A DNA stretch of 64,000 nucleotides from Antedon mediterranea (Eukaryota > Animalia > Echinodermata): the NCBI RefSeq assembly GCF_964355755.1, contig NC_092672.1:6076001-6140000 (forward strand), in the 5' to 3' direction. Made by a program: the position numbers and the translations under genes. The notes below the pieces were generated by a model, which worked only from the letters and a program-made list of their open reading frames with translations, was not told where the DNA came from and did not search any database. Position 1 is the stretch's first letter, and each line of letters begins with the position of its first letter. Of the stretch, positions 13,182 to 26,411 are shown piece after piece.

Positions 13182-13872
13182 TCGGTCAGAATGAGAAAAA
13201 GTCGGCCCAACCGAGATTCGAACCCGAAACCCTCAACAGTGGCGGATCCAGAGCATCCCCCCCACTTATAAATCTGGACTAAAAAAAATTATCCTACCAT
13301 ATGGGGAAAAAACGTAAGAGTAAAGTACTTTCACTTTTGATTAAAACACATTATTTCAGCGCCGTTGCTGTCGACGACCTTATTGATATGGGTGTTTTGC
13401 TAATCGGTAAGAATGAGAAAAAGCCGGCCCAACCGAGATTCGAACCCAAAACCTTCTACAGTGGCGGATCCAGAGGCGCCCCCCCCCCCCCACCCCTATA
13501 AATCTGGACTTAAAAAAATTATGGGAAAAAGCATATTTTTTCCATAACCTTATGTTTTATATAGTTAGAAATCTAGAAATTTACAGACACGTAAGACGTA
13601 CACTCATTTGATGGTTATGACCCTTGTTGTTAATGTACTTATCAGTTTTAAATTACTTTCGACATATTTAGGCTATGTTATATATAAATATCGTGGTTTT
13701 AAACTCACCGCCATATTTTTTGTTACTGATATAAGGGGGTAAGGGAGCTGCGTGCACCCCAGGATCCACCTCTGTCATACCGCTTAGCAAAACATCCATA
13801 ACAATAAGATCGGCGACAACACCGGCGCTAAACAATGTGTTTTAATCAAAAGTGAAAGTACTTTACTCTTAT
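13182..13872. repeat. composite repeat: direct duplication (13182-13290 / 13404-13520), inverted segment (13316-13402 / 13784-13872) and hAT-like MITE ends (cagtggcggatcc / ggatccacctctg)
   Basis: Duplicated and inverted segments are directly visible; B-box-like gattcgaaccc occurs in both direct copies. Confidence 0.55.
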
Positions 13873-14370
13873 TAGTCCGGCAGCCAAGGGGTTTAACCTT
13901 GCAATGTTTTCTATAGTTTTTTTTTATTCTCAATACCATCAGAATGAAGAATTTTGTTAAAAAGAAGTCTCCTGCACATCTACAGTTAGAGGTCAATCTT
14001 GTGACCAAGTTATACGATTTATGTTAACAAGAATTAGAGATACACTTGACACAAAATTCAGGGAAAGAAAGAAGAATAAGATAGAAAAAAAAAATCATGA
14101 CAATAACAAGGGGTTGTTCGCCAAGTGCGGCAACACTAGCCCTTCATCAGTGCAAGTGAATATACATTTCTTAATAGCGATTTATTTTATCCTAAAATCA
14201 GATTACTAACTTGATCATTCCATTATTAATCAGAGGTTTTACTATTACTTTAAAGTACAGTATCTAATTAAGAGAATTGGATATGTTTTAAGAATGAAGT
14301 ATATGTAAAGGGTTCACTTTACAAAAGATAAATGTAAATGTATAAAAGATCAAAATTGACACAGGGAAAA

Positions 14371-15000
14371 TTTATTTATTTTATTTATTTATTTATTTCA
14401 TAATCTCATTTAACAGCGGGAAACCCGCCCCTTACAGAATGGAATAAAATATATATATATATATATATATATCTTACAATACAAAGTTATACAATCTTAC
14501 TAATTTTATTACAAAAACAATTATAACTGTCAAAAAAGAATAGAAGTATCTTTAAATTATTAAAAAGAAGACAAATACGTGAGATAAATCCATTCTTGGT
14601 AACATTGACACAACAATACGGCACATAAAGAAGATTACATTTAGAATTACGAGTACGACAACCAACAGCTTTAACATGAAAGGAAAACAGGGAGATAAAA
14701 TTACAATTGAAACATGAATTCATACATTTATACAAAAATTGAAGATCAAACATGGAACGACGAGGGACAACAGAAGGGAGAGAGACAGATAAAGGAGGGC
14801 AGTGACAAGTAGAATACACAAAACGTACAAAACGATCTTGGACTCTTTGAAGATGGGTACTATGAGCAGACGAAAACGAATTAGACACAACACTACAGTA
14901 TTCAAGATGGGGACAGACAAGTGAAACATATAAATGAATTAAAGTATTAGAATTTTTAAAACACCAGCAATTACGACGAATCATGCCCAACATTCTAAAT
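14371..15000 (-). mobile_element. 5'-truncated non-LTR retrotransposon (CR1/L2/Jockey group) 3' end
   Basis: ORF 14487-14993 (LGMIRRNC...LYVSLVCPHLEYCSVV...LQRVQDRFVR) matches the conserved post-RT region of these LINEs; (TAAA)n tail at 14371-14398 on the minus strand. Confidence 0.85.
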
Positions 15001-16227
15001 CCCCGACATCCACAGCATTGGATCCAAAAGAGGGTTTAGAAATAATACAGGTACAGCCAATATCAAGTGAAAATTTGTTGCGAGAGAATTTGTGCTCTTA
15101 TTACATTACTGGAATGTCTAGTAAGAATTAATGAGGAAATTTCATATTAATTCAACTTGTGTTGTGTGATAACCTAAATTATTACAACAAAAATATTATT
15201 CTATATTATAACATGCTTCATTGTATTCTGGTATATTTTATTGGTTAATTACACATCACGTGTCATTGGGAATTTGCCCTATCTCACAGAAAAGTGATAT
15301 CTATATTAATTATATATAATTAATGTGCTCTGATGCACGTTCAGCTTCCTATAACATTTTGAGAATTTTTTGCATGCAGCATTGTTGAATGATCACATTT
15401 GGAAATCACGCCTAGCATTCGTCAATGATTTTCGATCGATAAATGGAATAAAATTAGGTGTGTTATAAAACAAATAATTAATGTTTTATATTCGTTGAGT
15501 GCAGAGAATATTCCATTTGTTGAAAAATTGCTGCTCTATTTTCAACTAGGCTTGTGCCTGGTTAAAAATAGAGCAGTAAATTTTTCAATTTGTGAAATAT
15601 TCTCACCATCCAACTCATAAACATTCATTATTTGTATACTATAATACAATTTTAAAAATTACTCACCTAGAACCAAATGATGTTATAATTTCTTTTCTCC
15701 AAAAAATTGTTATAATCTATGCAGTTTGGTGGTTCACAAGTAGATTGCAAGTATGTTCCCAAAACTAGAGCCAGCGATGTATTTATCATCTATGTAAACT
15801 CCTCCCCTCCCCAAAGTCCACAATCATTATGTAGTACTTTCCAATTACTATGCAGTGCATACCCAATCACTATCCAGTACACACCAATCATTGTGATTCA
15901 GATCAATTGTTAAGAATTACACCAATCAATATACAGTATCTATATATCAATTATGGTTAATTCTGACATAGGCGAGCACAATGGAAAAACTTCGGTACAA
16001 ATATCTGCCTTGGATACCTACCTGATCTATCTCAGATGTACCGTGAAATGTAAATTTGATAACATTAGTTTTCACTATTACGATATTGTTCCATATTTCT
16101 ATCTTAGGAAGATATTATAAAGAGTTTTTAAAGAAAATTTCTGATTTAATCGGTAGATTTTCAACTCAATTTCAATTGTACGTGGGTCGAAGTAATTTCC
16201 GGGTTCATGATGAGTTCACCTTGCAAC

Positions 16228-16260
16228 CAGGGAGGTGAAAAAATAATTTATACCTCCCTG
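16228..16260. mobile_element. 33 bp TIR remnant with 7 bp TSD (P-like excision scar)
   Basis: ttgcaac|cagggaggtgaaaaaataatttatacctccctg|ttgcaac. Confidence 0.72.
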
Positions 16261-16300
16261 TTGCAACAACCTAGTTTCAACTAAGTCAGCTGTTATTTTT

Positions 16301-16502
16301 CAGGCCTTGTCTTTTAAGGCGAGTGAGTGCGATCACTCACCGAACACACTCCTAAACTGCCGTTGAGGAGTGCGATTTACAACACACTTAAATTTGGTAA
16401 ACTTCTACATACGAAAATACAAACAGCACACCTACAGCACTCCTGAATGTATTGAGGAGTGCAATTTGTAGCACACCTATGATTTTCAAAAGACAAGGCC
16501 TG
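16301..16502. mobile_element. MITE with 15 bp TIR (caggccttgtctttt) and apparent 6 bp TSD (attttt), hAT-like
   Basis: Perfect TIR pair at both ends; internal gagtgc/gcactc repeats; nested in Helitron copy 1. Confidence 0.7.
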
Positions 16503-17568
16503 ATTTTTGTTTATTTTCGAAACAGACCGCGCGTGTGAAGGTACAGTATAGTTAAAAAAAAAAAATTATACTGCAAAATAATAATGATCAAATTAAATAT
16601 ACGCCATAATCGGAATATATTGTGGGGAATAGTATTATAAAATTACATATGGAGATCTGATGATAAGATATTTCGTTTAAAATCGAATGAAATCCCGATA
16701 GCCGAGTTTATTGAGTAAGCTGGCAGGATTAACTGTAGGCTATCTGTGTCCCGTTAGGACCGGGATGTCTGTCCATGTTGCAAGCCGTCTAAAACGTCTT
16801 CTTTCTTGGGCCGAAACGGCCTAGTCTGTCGCGGATGTTAGTTTCAAAAGATGTTTAAATTAAATAATGTAGTAATTATTATGATGGTATTTATTTGAAT
16901 AAAGTCTCCCCAATAAAACATCAGTTTGAATAATAATACCGCCCCCCCCCCCCCCCCCACCCAACCCAACCCAACTATCTAATAAGCTCCCATCCACATT
17001 TATACACACAATATTGTATTATATTTATAATAACACAATTATACTATTACTATACTACCCCACCTCCGCCCTATAAGAGCCCTACCAAACAATAAACACT
17101 ATACTTTAATGATGTTATTAATCATCTAAGACACTGTGAAACAGAGTAGGGTTACTTTTACGAATGTCAAGCATTTTCAATAATGGTAACCGACAGAAAA
17201 CGTACAAGGAGAACGTCCTTCTAAAACCTTTTTACCCGAGCCATTATCATTCCGAGAACCATCGTCTACACTTCCTAGAGGAGGAGCGAACGAAGCGAGC
17301 TCACCCTCTAGTCTATATATAAATTATGGTTAATTCTGACATAGGCGAGCAAAATGGAAAAACTTCGGTATAAATCTCCGCCTTGATGTACCGCCTTGAT
17401 GTACCGCGAAACGTAGATTTGATAACATTAGTTTTCAGTACTACGCTATTGTTCCATTTTTGTGTTTTACAACGACAAAATTTAGCGTTACCTATCGAAA
17501 TTTGTGGATCACCAGGGAAGAGTTAAATTCGGGTCCGTCACTTCCTGCATAATGGCCGTTGGTTGCGC

Positions 17569-17592
17569 CAGGGAAGAGTTAACTCTTCCCTG
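17569..17592. mobile_element. 24 bp perfect palindrome with 7 bp TSD (P-like excision scar)
   Basis: gttgcgc|cagggaagagttaactcttccctg|gttgcgc. Confidence 0.72.
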
Positions 17593-17976
17593 GTTGCGCC
17601 ATTCAATATTAAATACAAATATTTTAGTGGTTCAACTGATCGTGAACTAGGCCTACTGCAATTAATTTGTTTTAGATATTCAACTAATCAATTACATTGA
17701 TTAAATGTATTTACTTGAACTACAATTTGTTTTAGTAATTTAACTAGTATTGAAGGCCTTTACTCTCGTGAACTACAATGTGATTTTAGTGATTCAACTC
17801 AATCGTGAACTACAATTTATTTGTTTTAGATATTCAACTAATCAATTATGAAGGCCTTTACTTTACGTGTCAAATTTAGGTGCGATTCAATGTTACTATA
17901 GGAGGCTAATTGAACTAATTATATGCTATTTATTAATCATTTAATCAAATTTAGGTGGGATTCAATGTTACTATAG

Positions 17977-18835
17977 GGCCCCGTTTCTGCTGCCAAAAAT
18001 ATACCGTATATATACGGTATATTTTATATACGGTATATTTTTTGGCAGCAGAAATGGGTCTCATAAAAAATATACCGTATATATATGCGGTATATATACC
18101 GCATAAATATCCCCATCGTTTGTGGATATTATACGGTATATTCCAAAATATACCGTATATTTCGTACCCCGTTTCTGCTGCACTCAAAATATACCGTATA
18201 TGTGACCCGGCCCATGACACGAGGTCAAAAACTAACAGAGCGTGACGCGTTTGTTTGGTTTTTCTGCTGCATTGACACACACGTGTATAATAAGCAAGCA
18301 ACAGATCAAAATATCACTGTGGACTGGAGAAATAACTATTTTTGCAATTCAATTGTGGGGAGAAGCGAAGGTTGGGGGGAGACTACATGGCAACAGAAGA
18401 GATACCGAGATTTACAAAAGTATCTCAAATAAAATAAAAGCAGAATTTGTGGTAGACTTAATAACGCCAAAGTTATCGGCAAACGCCGTCCTCTTCTTTG
18501 CATAAATGTAGTCAATGCCCATTCTACATTTCTAGATTGTTTGTGCGATGTAAATTCGTTGCCACTTCTGATCATTAGATTTAAAATAGAAAGCAATGCT
18601 AAGACGTTTTGAGAAACCATCATTGTTTTGTTTTTGTCATGTAACCTCACTACACGAGACTCTATGTCAATCCATACTTCCGTCTCACAAAATGCATTTT
18701 GGGTATATGAAAGCCAACTTTTTTTACAGCCCACCCACGAAGTATGTGCAGCGGAAACGGTGCACGAATTTCATATACGGTATATATACGGTATATTTAT
18801 ACGGTATATTTGGGATTGGCAGCAGAAACAGGGCC
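17977..18835. mobile_element. PIF/Harbinger-like MITE
   Basis: TIR ggccc(c/t)gtttctgctgccaa at both ends, 3 bp TSD TAG, subterminal palindromic tataccgtatatatacggtata arrays. Confidence 0.8.
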
Positions 18836-20434
18836 TAGGCGGCCTGGTAGGCCTACCAGGAAAACACCTTTACTGTTTATATTATCGATTATTTCTGTTG
18901 CTTGCTCTATTTATAATTATAAATGGTGTCTACTACGACCGATATATAAGTAGGCTACGAAAGTTGTTATTTGATCATTTTGTTCCAAAATTAACAAGAT
19001 GCTGTTGTCATGATATATTGCGATACAAATGTTAAAGCACCGCTCACTGTCACCCACTTTGATAAACTATGCTTTTGGTCTCTTGGTACGGTCACGTTAG
19101 AGACTGTTTCAGTGATTGATTTACCCCTATTAATGGTTTCCTCCTGTGTGTAACGTTCAGATAATATATATAATAATATATTAATATGTATATTATACAT
19201 ATACACTGTCCTTTACAATTATATTATTTGCATCTTGCGTTCTTATGATTAATAAATTAATAATTAAATGTGATCTAAAAAACGTAGGGAAGGTGTCTTT
19301 AAATCTATTGAGACATTCATACTACCTCATCAGAACGTTAATGGCATTTCACAACAGTCCCACATAGAATATCCACGTTACCTTATAACAAACTTACCCT
19401 ACCACAATATAATCTAATTTGCTATATTACCCTGGAAGCGATTTTTTTAGCATACCTAATTTATGGACCACCATGAAACATCACAAAATAAACATGCATT
19501 ACTCATCAGTCATATGCATAGGTGTCACCGAGGAGTTGGTCATGTTTGCGAGAACCATTCGAGAACACCCACTAGAGGGTGCGCGAGTGAGGCAAGCGAA
19601 CCATGTAGTATATATAAAGAATGTTTTGAGCTGAGCTGAAAATAGAATATTTCATCTTTCATCAAATAAAAGTATTGTACACATATAAGAGAATTTTCCA
19701 AAGCATATAGGAAAATAGTTTTGTGTATTCTTAGCAGACAGGTCTATTTTTAATTGGGTGACAGAACCAGATAGATGATGCTTCATTTGCCAAGTCATGC
19801 ATATATTGCTGGAGGGCTTTATAAGCGGCGGCACATTTGGTTCAATCCTCTCTTTTGTTTTAATTAAGGGTATGTTCAGACTGCAATTGGTTTTTGGTTG
19901 AATACAGTAATAATATTATATTTTTCCCATTTTTTTCTACGTGATTTATTTTATTTAAGCGGCAAAATGGCCTATTCAAAATCTGATTTTATTAATCTTC
20001 ATTTTTCATATTTTTGGGGGAGAATACATCTTTCAGTGATTTTGCAATTGCATTAAACAACTAGAACATTAAGTTTATTAACAAAATGACAACTATTGTA
20101 TGAAGTGTTTCTGTAAATATTATTATTGTTATTATTTAATGTACTGATGCATGCAGTGTTATATGCAATTAAAAATAATATGTTATAACTTTATTGTCCA
20201 TTACTTGCTTAGCAATAATGTAGTACTGTATTCACTCACTGTTTACATTTTATATAAAATATAGAATTTAAAGTAAAAAATCATGGCATGACATGTATTG
20301 TTTTTTTTGTGTTTCATAGTTGAGAAATATAAACAGCCAGCATATACATGTCTCATAATTTTACCGGGTGGTGTGGTGTCAGGACATTTTATTTTCAAAA
20401 ATAATTTATTTTTATATTAACTTATGTGTTTACT

Positions 20435-23128
20435 CTATTCTTTTTTACACTCTTCATCTTGCATTTCATAAGTGACTTTAGAGGAGGTCGTTGACAAGTT
20501 GATACCATCATTTCCTTCATGTAATTCACTGTAAGATGGTGGTCCATTCAAATCAACTTCTACAACCTGCTTCTCATTCTTCATTGAATCCTTTTTTGTT
20601 ATTGAATCTGCATAAAAAAATATTTAAAATATTTGTCTTTGGAAAATTATCCAATGAGGATAATTACCTCCCAGACATCTTTACCTAGTCTGTAGCATCC
20701 TTAATAACAAGTTATACCTAACTCGAAGGGGTTGTTGGTTGGGTGGGATAATTGTTGGGTGGGAGTATATATTTCAGGATACTAGGAGGTACAGAGTTGT
20801 CTCCCTTAAGGTCAATTTACACAGACAAGCGGTAACGGTATTGAGGAAAACCATGTAGCTTGTCCCAGGTAGAGTTTGTATCTATCCTATAAGATAAGAT
20901 TCAAACAATACTAGCAACCCCTTTACCACCCCAATCATGACATGTTGAGGTTACAGACGCTATCACAACTTACTTAATACTATGCCTTGCTTTTGTGCTT
21001 CTGCTACGATCATTTCCATTTGTTTTTGTTGTTCTTCATAATGTTTTCGTAATTCGTAAAGTTCAATTTCAGCTTCTTCTCTTAGAAATTTCTGTGCTGT
21101 TATCTTTTCATGGGCCTTAGCTTCTACAGACAGTACCAGACCTAGGAAAACAAAAATTAAAATACTATTAAAATGGGACTACTGTTGCAGATTGGCATGA
21201 AACTTGCAAAAAACCAAATGAATTTTTATAGCTAGATTTTTTGGTACGAAATTTTGTAAGGAAAATAGGAGGAACAGAAGCAGTTGTAGATAGTAAAAAA
21301 TAGTAACAAATATCCCATAGAGGAGAGAATTTTATAACGGAAAGGAAGGGTGCAGGGATGTCATTGTGTGTTTATGTGGTAAAGTGTTTTACAATAATTA
21401 CATTACGTTATATTATTTTTCTAAAAAGTTGTGGGTAATAAAATTATTCAGTTTCATGAAAAAATTACCTTGTCACAAATAATATTCCACACTAGACTGA
21501 ACAATTGGGATTATCAAGAGTATTTTATCATTCATTAGCGCAATTCACCTAACTGGTTAAAATCTGCTTTAAATTGGTTTGATGACGTATATAGTACGTG
21601 AAGAATGTGGATATTTAAAGCACAAAAGGGTTGTGTGAAATAATTCACCTAGTGTAAAGTAGGCTTTACTCACCATTAACTATTCTAACAATCCTCCATA
21701 GACGCAAAAATATAAGCAACTGGATGACTGCCATGAACGTTTCCTCGTAAATAAGAAAAACAATGTCTAACACGAACGAAATAATCACAATCACCGCGTC
21801 AAACATTTCCAATTTGTGCTTAAAAAATTCTAGTTGAAAGGCGTACAATTTGAACATTATCTCAACAAGAAAGATACTAAGAATACAAATACTCATGTAG
21901 TGGAGAACCAAGGCTGCTGTCAATTCTTTCTCTGCTGTGTGTTCTTCTTCATCACCATCGCCTTCACCTTCACATGCTTTGTTTTCATTCTAAGAACAAT
22001 AATAGTAATATTGTAAATAATAGAGTTTGTTTCAATTACATTTATAGCATGGAGTAGAATTACACAATTATCTTATAAAATCTAGTTTCAATGCAACTTC
22101 ATTGCAGAAAAACAGTGCCTTAAACCGAACCAAGGGTCTGAATGGGATATTTGTATTATGAAATCGGAATCATTGCCATCTCATCACCATCATTTATTAT
22201 CAGTACTGGATATTCATCATTCTCATTAAGTTTAAAACATCATTGCTTGCCATTACTTTTTCCGCAGCTTTATGATTTATCGCAATAGTTAAAGATGTAT
22301 TGTCCCTTGAAACACAAAAAATAAAAAAAATAATCATAATTTAAATTGGCCATATCAAAGTAATATTAAAGTTATTCACTTTAAGTCGAAAATTCAAGCC
22401 AAAAACAACAAGTTTACGTAATTAACAAGTACATTAATTTGATTACATTTCGTCTGGAAAATCGTCACGAGCGAAAGTAAACAAAGATTTGCATGATGCT
22501 AATTAGGATTGTTTACAACTCGTCGCGTTGAGAAGGTGTTTTCACACAGATTGCGAGGAAGTTTTATGATTATGCATACAGAGTAGCCAAACATGCGCGT
22601 TGCATTATGAGATATGTTTTGATTGAAAACTTTGACTGGAAGTCAAAGTTATTTTTTGAACAAAAAAAAGTCTGTATTTTGGTTAAATTATTTTTTTTTC
22701 GACTAATTTTTGGTGAAAGTTAATAACTATTATGATACTTCAAAATATTTTAAAAAATTGTTTTTTTTAATTAGTCAGAGGGCAATACATCTTTAATGTC
22801 CCCAAACTATTTATCATTCCGATTGGTTTATGAGCATGTGCAGATTTATTAAACATTTATTGCATATACTACTGTATACTGATCTACGTACCTCTACAGC
22901 TGACAAATCCAAGACCAACTCGCATATAACCAGGATACAATCTGCAAGCACTAATGCAATGATTACAACATGGAAATTATGGCTATGTAAAATACGCTGT
23001 AGTTTTCCACGGAATGTGTCTTCGCCGGCCGTGAATGTTATATGGTGAGTGGGAGCTGCACCAATCTCTGTGTCTTCATTTTTCACGATCCCTTCTTCAT
23101 CTTCCTGTTTTGGTTTAAAAAAACCCAT
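20435..23128 (-). CDS. HVCN1: voltage-gated proton channel Hv1 (297 aa, 4 coding exons)
   Basis: Exons 23128-22892, 21989-21674, 21141-20974 and 20607-20435, all GT-AG and in phase. S1 LVLADCILVICEL contains the selectivity Asp, S4 is LRLWRIVRIVNG (RxWRxxR), and a coiled coil follows. An acceptor at 23134-23135 just upstream of the ATG implies a non-coding 5' exon. Confidence 0.93.
22293..22792. mobile_element. Kolobok-like MITE in an HVCN1 intron
   Basis: TTAA|agatgtattg...caatacatct|TTAA. Related copies at ~8780 and ~49978 (partial). Confidence 0.75.
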
Positions 23129-23682
23129 CTCTTCTGAAAAATAATTTCCAGACAAACTTTTTTAAACAGAGTATAATTGCCTATGATTGAAAATGTTCAT
23201 CTGGTTTGAAGATACGTTACTAATTTTATAATAATATAATTGCCTATATTATCAATACTGGGGTTCTTGGTCCAAATTGTGTATAATGTATATTTCACTG
23301 ATGTACTTCTCTTTGTGCATATGTTCATTTAAACAGAAAGAGTATAATTCCAGAGTTCTGGGTCCAAATCATGTATAATATGCTTCTCTCTTTGTTCATA
23401 TACACCATACTTCAATTTAGATGACATCACATATTGGACATAAAATGGCTGTAGGCAAATAGGAAATAGTTTAGATTTAGAAAATATTTCCATGTGGGAT
23501 TGGGAGTCTGATAGGTGCCTAATATCACAGAAGGCCTATACAAATATTTGTTCTCAATATCTAATTCCTTTTTATTTAGTATCCCATGGATACAGGGATC
23601 CCAAGTTAAGAAGACTTTTTTGTTTTGGCCCATAAAAAAATCACCATTGACAATCACTGACCAAAATCTTACAATTTCACCC

Positions 23683-23771
23683 TGACTGATGGTGCCACAC
23701 CCTGACAATGCCACACCTTGACTGATGGTGCCACACCTGACAGTGCCACACCAATGACGGTGCCACGCCCT
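23683..23771. repeat. short tandem repeat (tgacN2-6tgccacacc)n
   Basis: Five visible tgccac-containing units. Confidence 0.7.
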
Positions 23772-24171
23772 GTGATTAAATTTCCTGCTTACTATAAAAT
23801 CATTACTAACTGCTGATATTTTTAGGTCTTGCCGTATATTAAAAAAAAAGTACTATAGGCCTATACTAGAGTGACATTGCAGTTTGGTGGTTACGACGCT
23901 CAGTTACCGATTCCCAGGGTCCTAGGTTCAAATGATGTTAGGAATGTTTCTAATGACAAATAAACTCCACTCCCAAATACTCCTTTATTATGAATTTGTT
24001 TATGTAGATATTCTTCTGTGTTTTTGTTTGTCTTGTGAACGGATTGTCATCTGTTGAGACAGTAAAAGGATTCGGTATTGGCTATCCTTGGCATTCCACC
24101 AAATAAATAATAACAATAACAATATAAATAATAAACACATCATGTATTTTTGTATAATATCAAATGTTGGC

Positions 24172-25333
24172 ACTTTCATATTCGTGAGGTTAATTTCCCG
24201 ATTGATCGAAATCAAAACGGTACTGGGTATGGTCTACTAGTTTTTCTGCTCCCAACCAGTACATCCATTCATAGAAGCTTTGATGAAATAAGCCTACCTG
24301 GTGGTAACCATAGAACGGTTCCGAGATAACGACTATACTTCGGCTTTAGTCGATAGAAGATTGAATAAATTGTTAGAGATAGAGTATACGATGTTATGAT
24401 TATGTGTAGATATGTGATTTGTTCTTTTTATTCAAATGATGTTATGTATTTAATAAATTTGTTATATCAATTAATTCAATTATCGTAGATTGCATATTAT
24501 GCGATAAATATTATTTAATAAATGTTTGATATATTATTATTATATTAATAAAAAGATATTTGTTAGTATAAATTAAAAATATAGATATAAGGAAGAAAAG
24601 CAAAGAGATTGTGGAGCGGCTGTACCAGAATATACAACACTAAGTATTGTAAAGTTAATATATTAAAAATTTAGGCGATCTTGTCAAAGGTCAAGCGCCT
24701 TCAGCCTGCCACGTTTCGATATTCAATATTGAACTTGACTTGACTTGATTCGTCGTGAGGTAAATTCCCGATTGATCGTAATCAAAACGGTACTGGGTAT
24801 GGTCTACTAGATTTTCTGCTCCCAACCAGTACATCCATTCATAGAAGCCTTGATGAAGCAAGCCTACCTGGTGGTAACCATAGAACGGTTCCGAGATAAC
24901 GACTATACTTCAGCTTTAGTCGATAGAAGATTGAAATATTGTTAGAGATAGAGTATACGATGCTTGATTATGTGTAGATGTATGATTTGTTCTATTATCC
25001 AAATGATGTTCCGCATATAGGAGATGAAAGTAGTAGGCGTGGTTGGGTGTAATGATTTTGTATATTAAATAATTATCCAAGACTGCATATTATGCGATAA
25101 ATAATATTTTATATATTTTTAAAATATTTATTGTTATGATTATAATATTAATAAAAATATATATTTGTTAGTATAAATTTAAAAAATAAAATATAGATAT
25201 AAAGAAGAAAAGCAAAGAGATTATGGAGCGGCTATTCCTGAATATACAATAATAAGTATCGTAAGTTTAATTTATAAATTTTAGGCGATCTTGTCAAAGG
25301 TCAAGCGCCATAGCCTGCCACGTTTCGATATTC
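24172..25333. mobile_element. dimeric (~550-580 bp x2) retroposon-like insertion with 13 bp TSD
   Basis: atcaaatgttggc at 24159-24171 and 25334-25346; empty site at 29297-29309 in the duplicated copy; two head-to-tail units at ~24181-24724 and ~24753-25333. Confidence 0.75.
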
Positions 25334-25654
25334 ATCAAATGTTGGCGCCTTCCGGGTTGAATGATATTCACTAACCCAAATTTCTTTGTAAACAGTTCGT
25401 TTTAAAATCAAGTGACACAATACAGATAAAAGACATATGCTTCATCAGATTTGAATGTTTATGATTTGTTACTTAATATTAGTATTAAGTGTAATCACCT
25501 CCAAAAATACAAAAGTACAACATATTTGTGAAATAAAACACCACTGCATGGTTTTTCCAGTTTAAAACTGAAGCTATCTGTTAGGATGCATTCCCCCCCC
25601 CCCCCCCCCCCCCCCCAATAGATGCTTCAACAATTCAGAATTCCGAAAATAATA

Positions 25655-25896
25655 ATAATAGTGCATATAAGCAAGCTCTTATTGCGCTGAAAATTATTCC
25701 CCCGGTAATTTTTTAATCAAACACGTATGGAAGCATACTCCCATAATATTAAGTTGTCTTGATCTAACCAGTACCGATTTAAACACTGGGTAGAGAGGTA
25801 AATTTAATTGCAAAGTGTCTTGCCTAAGGATACAGCAATAGTTGGATTCAGACCACGATCTCACGATTAGTAATCCAACGTCCAACACACTGCGCC
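25655..25896 (-). mobile_element. tRNA-derived SINE, degenerate (second copy ~29620-29877)
   Basis: Homologous to 41100-41410 (aacgtccaacacactgcg, tcttgcctaaggatac, atcaaacacgtatggaa). Confidence 0.75.
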
Positions 25897-26383
25897 CTCA
25901 CTATAAAAACAAACAATTGGCAGCAATTCATTGCTGTCACACTTCCCTATTTCAAAACGGAAGTGTTTGCGTTGCCAATTTCACTCATATATAATAGTTT
26001 AGGGAATTACGTTCGTTTGGTACTTTCTTCATATTGTTCATTTGAGGAAGAAATTGTTAACAAATCTGCTGTTTATTTGTAAATGTCATTTTGTCATACT
26101 TTTTTTATATTTTCGATCAATGGATAACAAGAAATGTAAACTTTAAGAAATATTGCATGACTTTCAAATCCATGGGAAGTGATTTTGGGAGACTCCTCAG
26201 TTATCTGGACAACCAAATGTGTCTTTGAACTCTTGTGTGCTGTTTGATCTGTACATAAAGGACAGGATGGTATAGAATTGTGATATACTGTACCTACGAA
26301 AATATTAAAATATCAATGTTAAATTGCTTTATAAACAAATAACATCACATTGTTTGTGGAGTAGTTCTCTGCAGTAGTTTACC

Positions 26384-26411
26384 CAGGGAGTTGTTATCTA
26401 AATACTCCCTG
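26384..26411. mobile_element. 28 bp TIR remnant with imperfect 7 bp TSD (duplicated at 30431-30458)
   Basis: gtttacc|cagggagttgttatctaaatactccctg|gtttgcc; shares the end cagggagttgtta with the reverse complement of 7339-7363. Confidence 0.65.

Larger units (their letters stand above)
15939..17311 (+). mobile_element. non-autonomous Helitron, copy 1
   Basis: 5' A|TCTATATAT, 3' hairpin ctagaggaggagc...gctcaccctCTAG|T, no TSD. Confidence 0.7.
17312..19608 (+). mobile_element. non-autonomous Helitron, copy 2, head-to-tail with copy 1
   Basis: Begins TCTATATAT; the first ~150 bp are homologous to 15939 onward. Ends gagaaccat...ctagagggtgcgcgagtgaggcaagcgaaccatGTAG|T, homologous to the copy 1 3' end. 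Confidence 0.6.

Noticed and set aside
16650-16705. CTGATGA...GAAA hammerhead candidate
   Set aside because: Stem II is not adjacent to the core and there is no stem I pairing.
17951-19035. Cluster of 70-135 aa ORFs on both strands
   Set aside because: They lie in a palindromic MITE and show no protein motifs.
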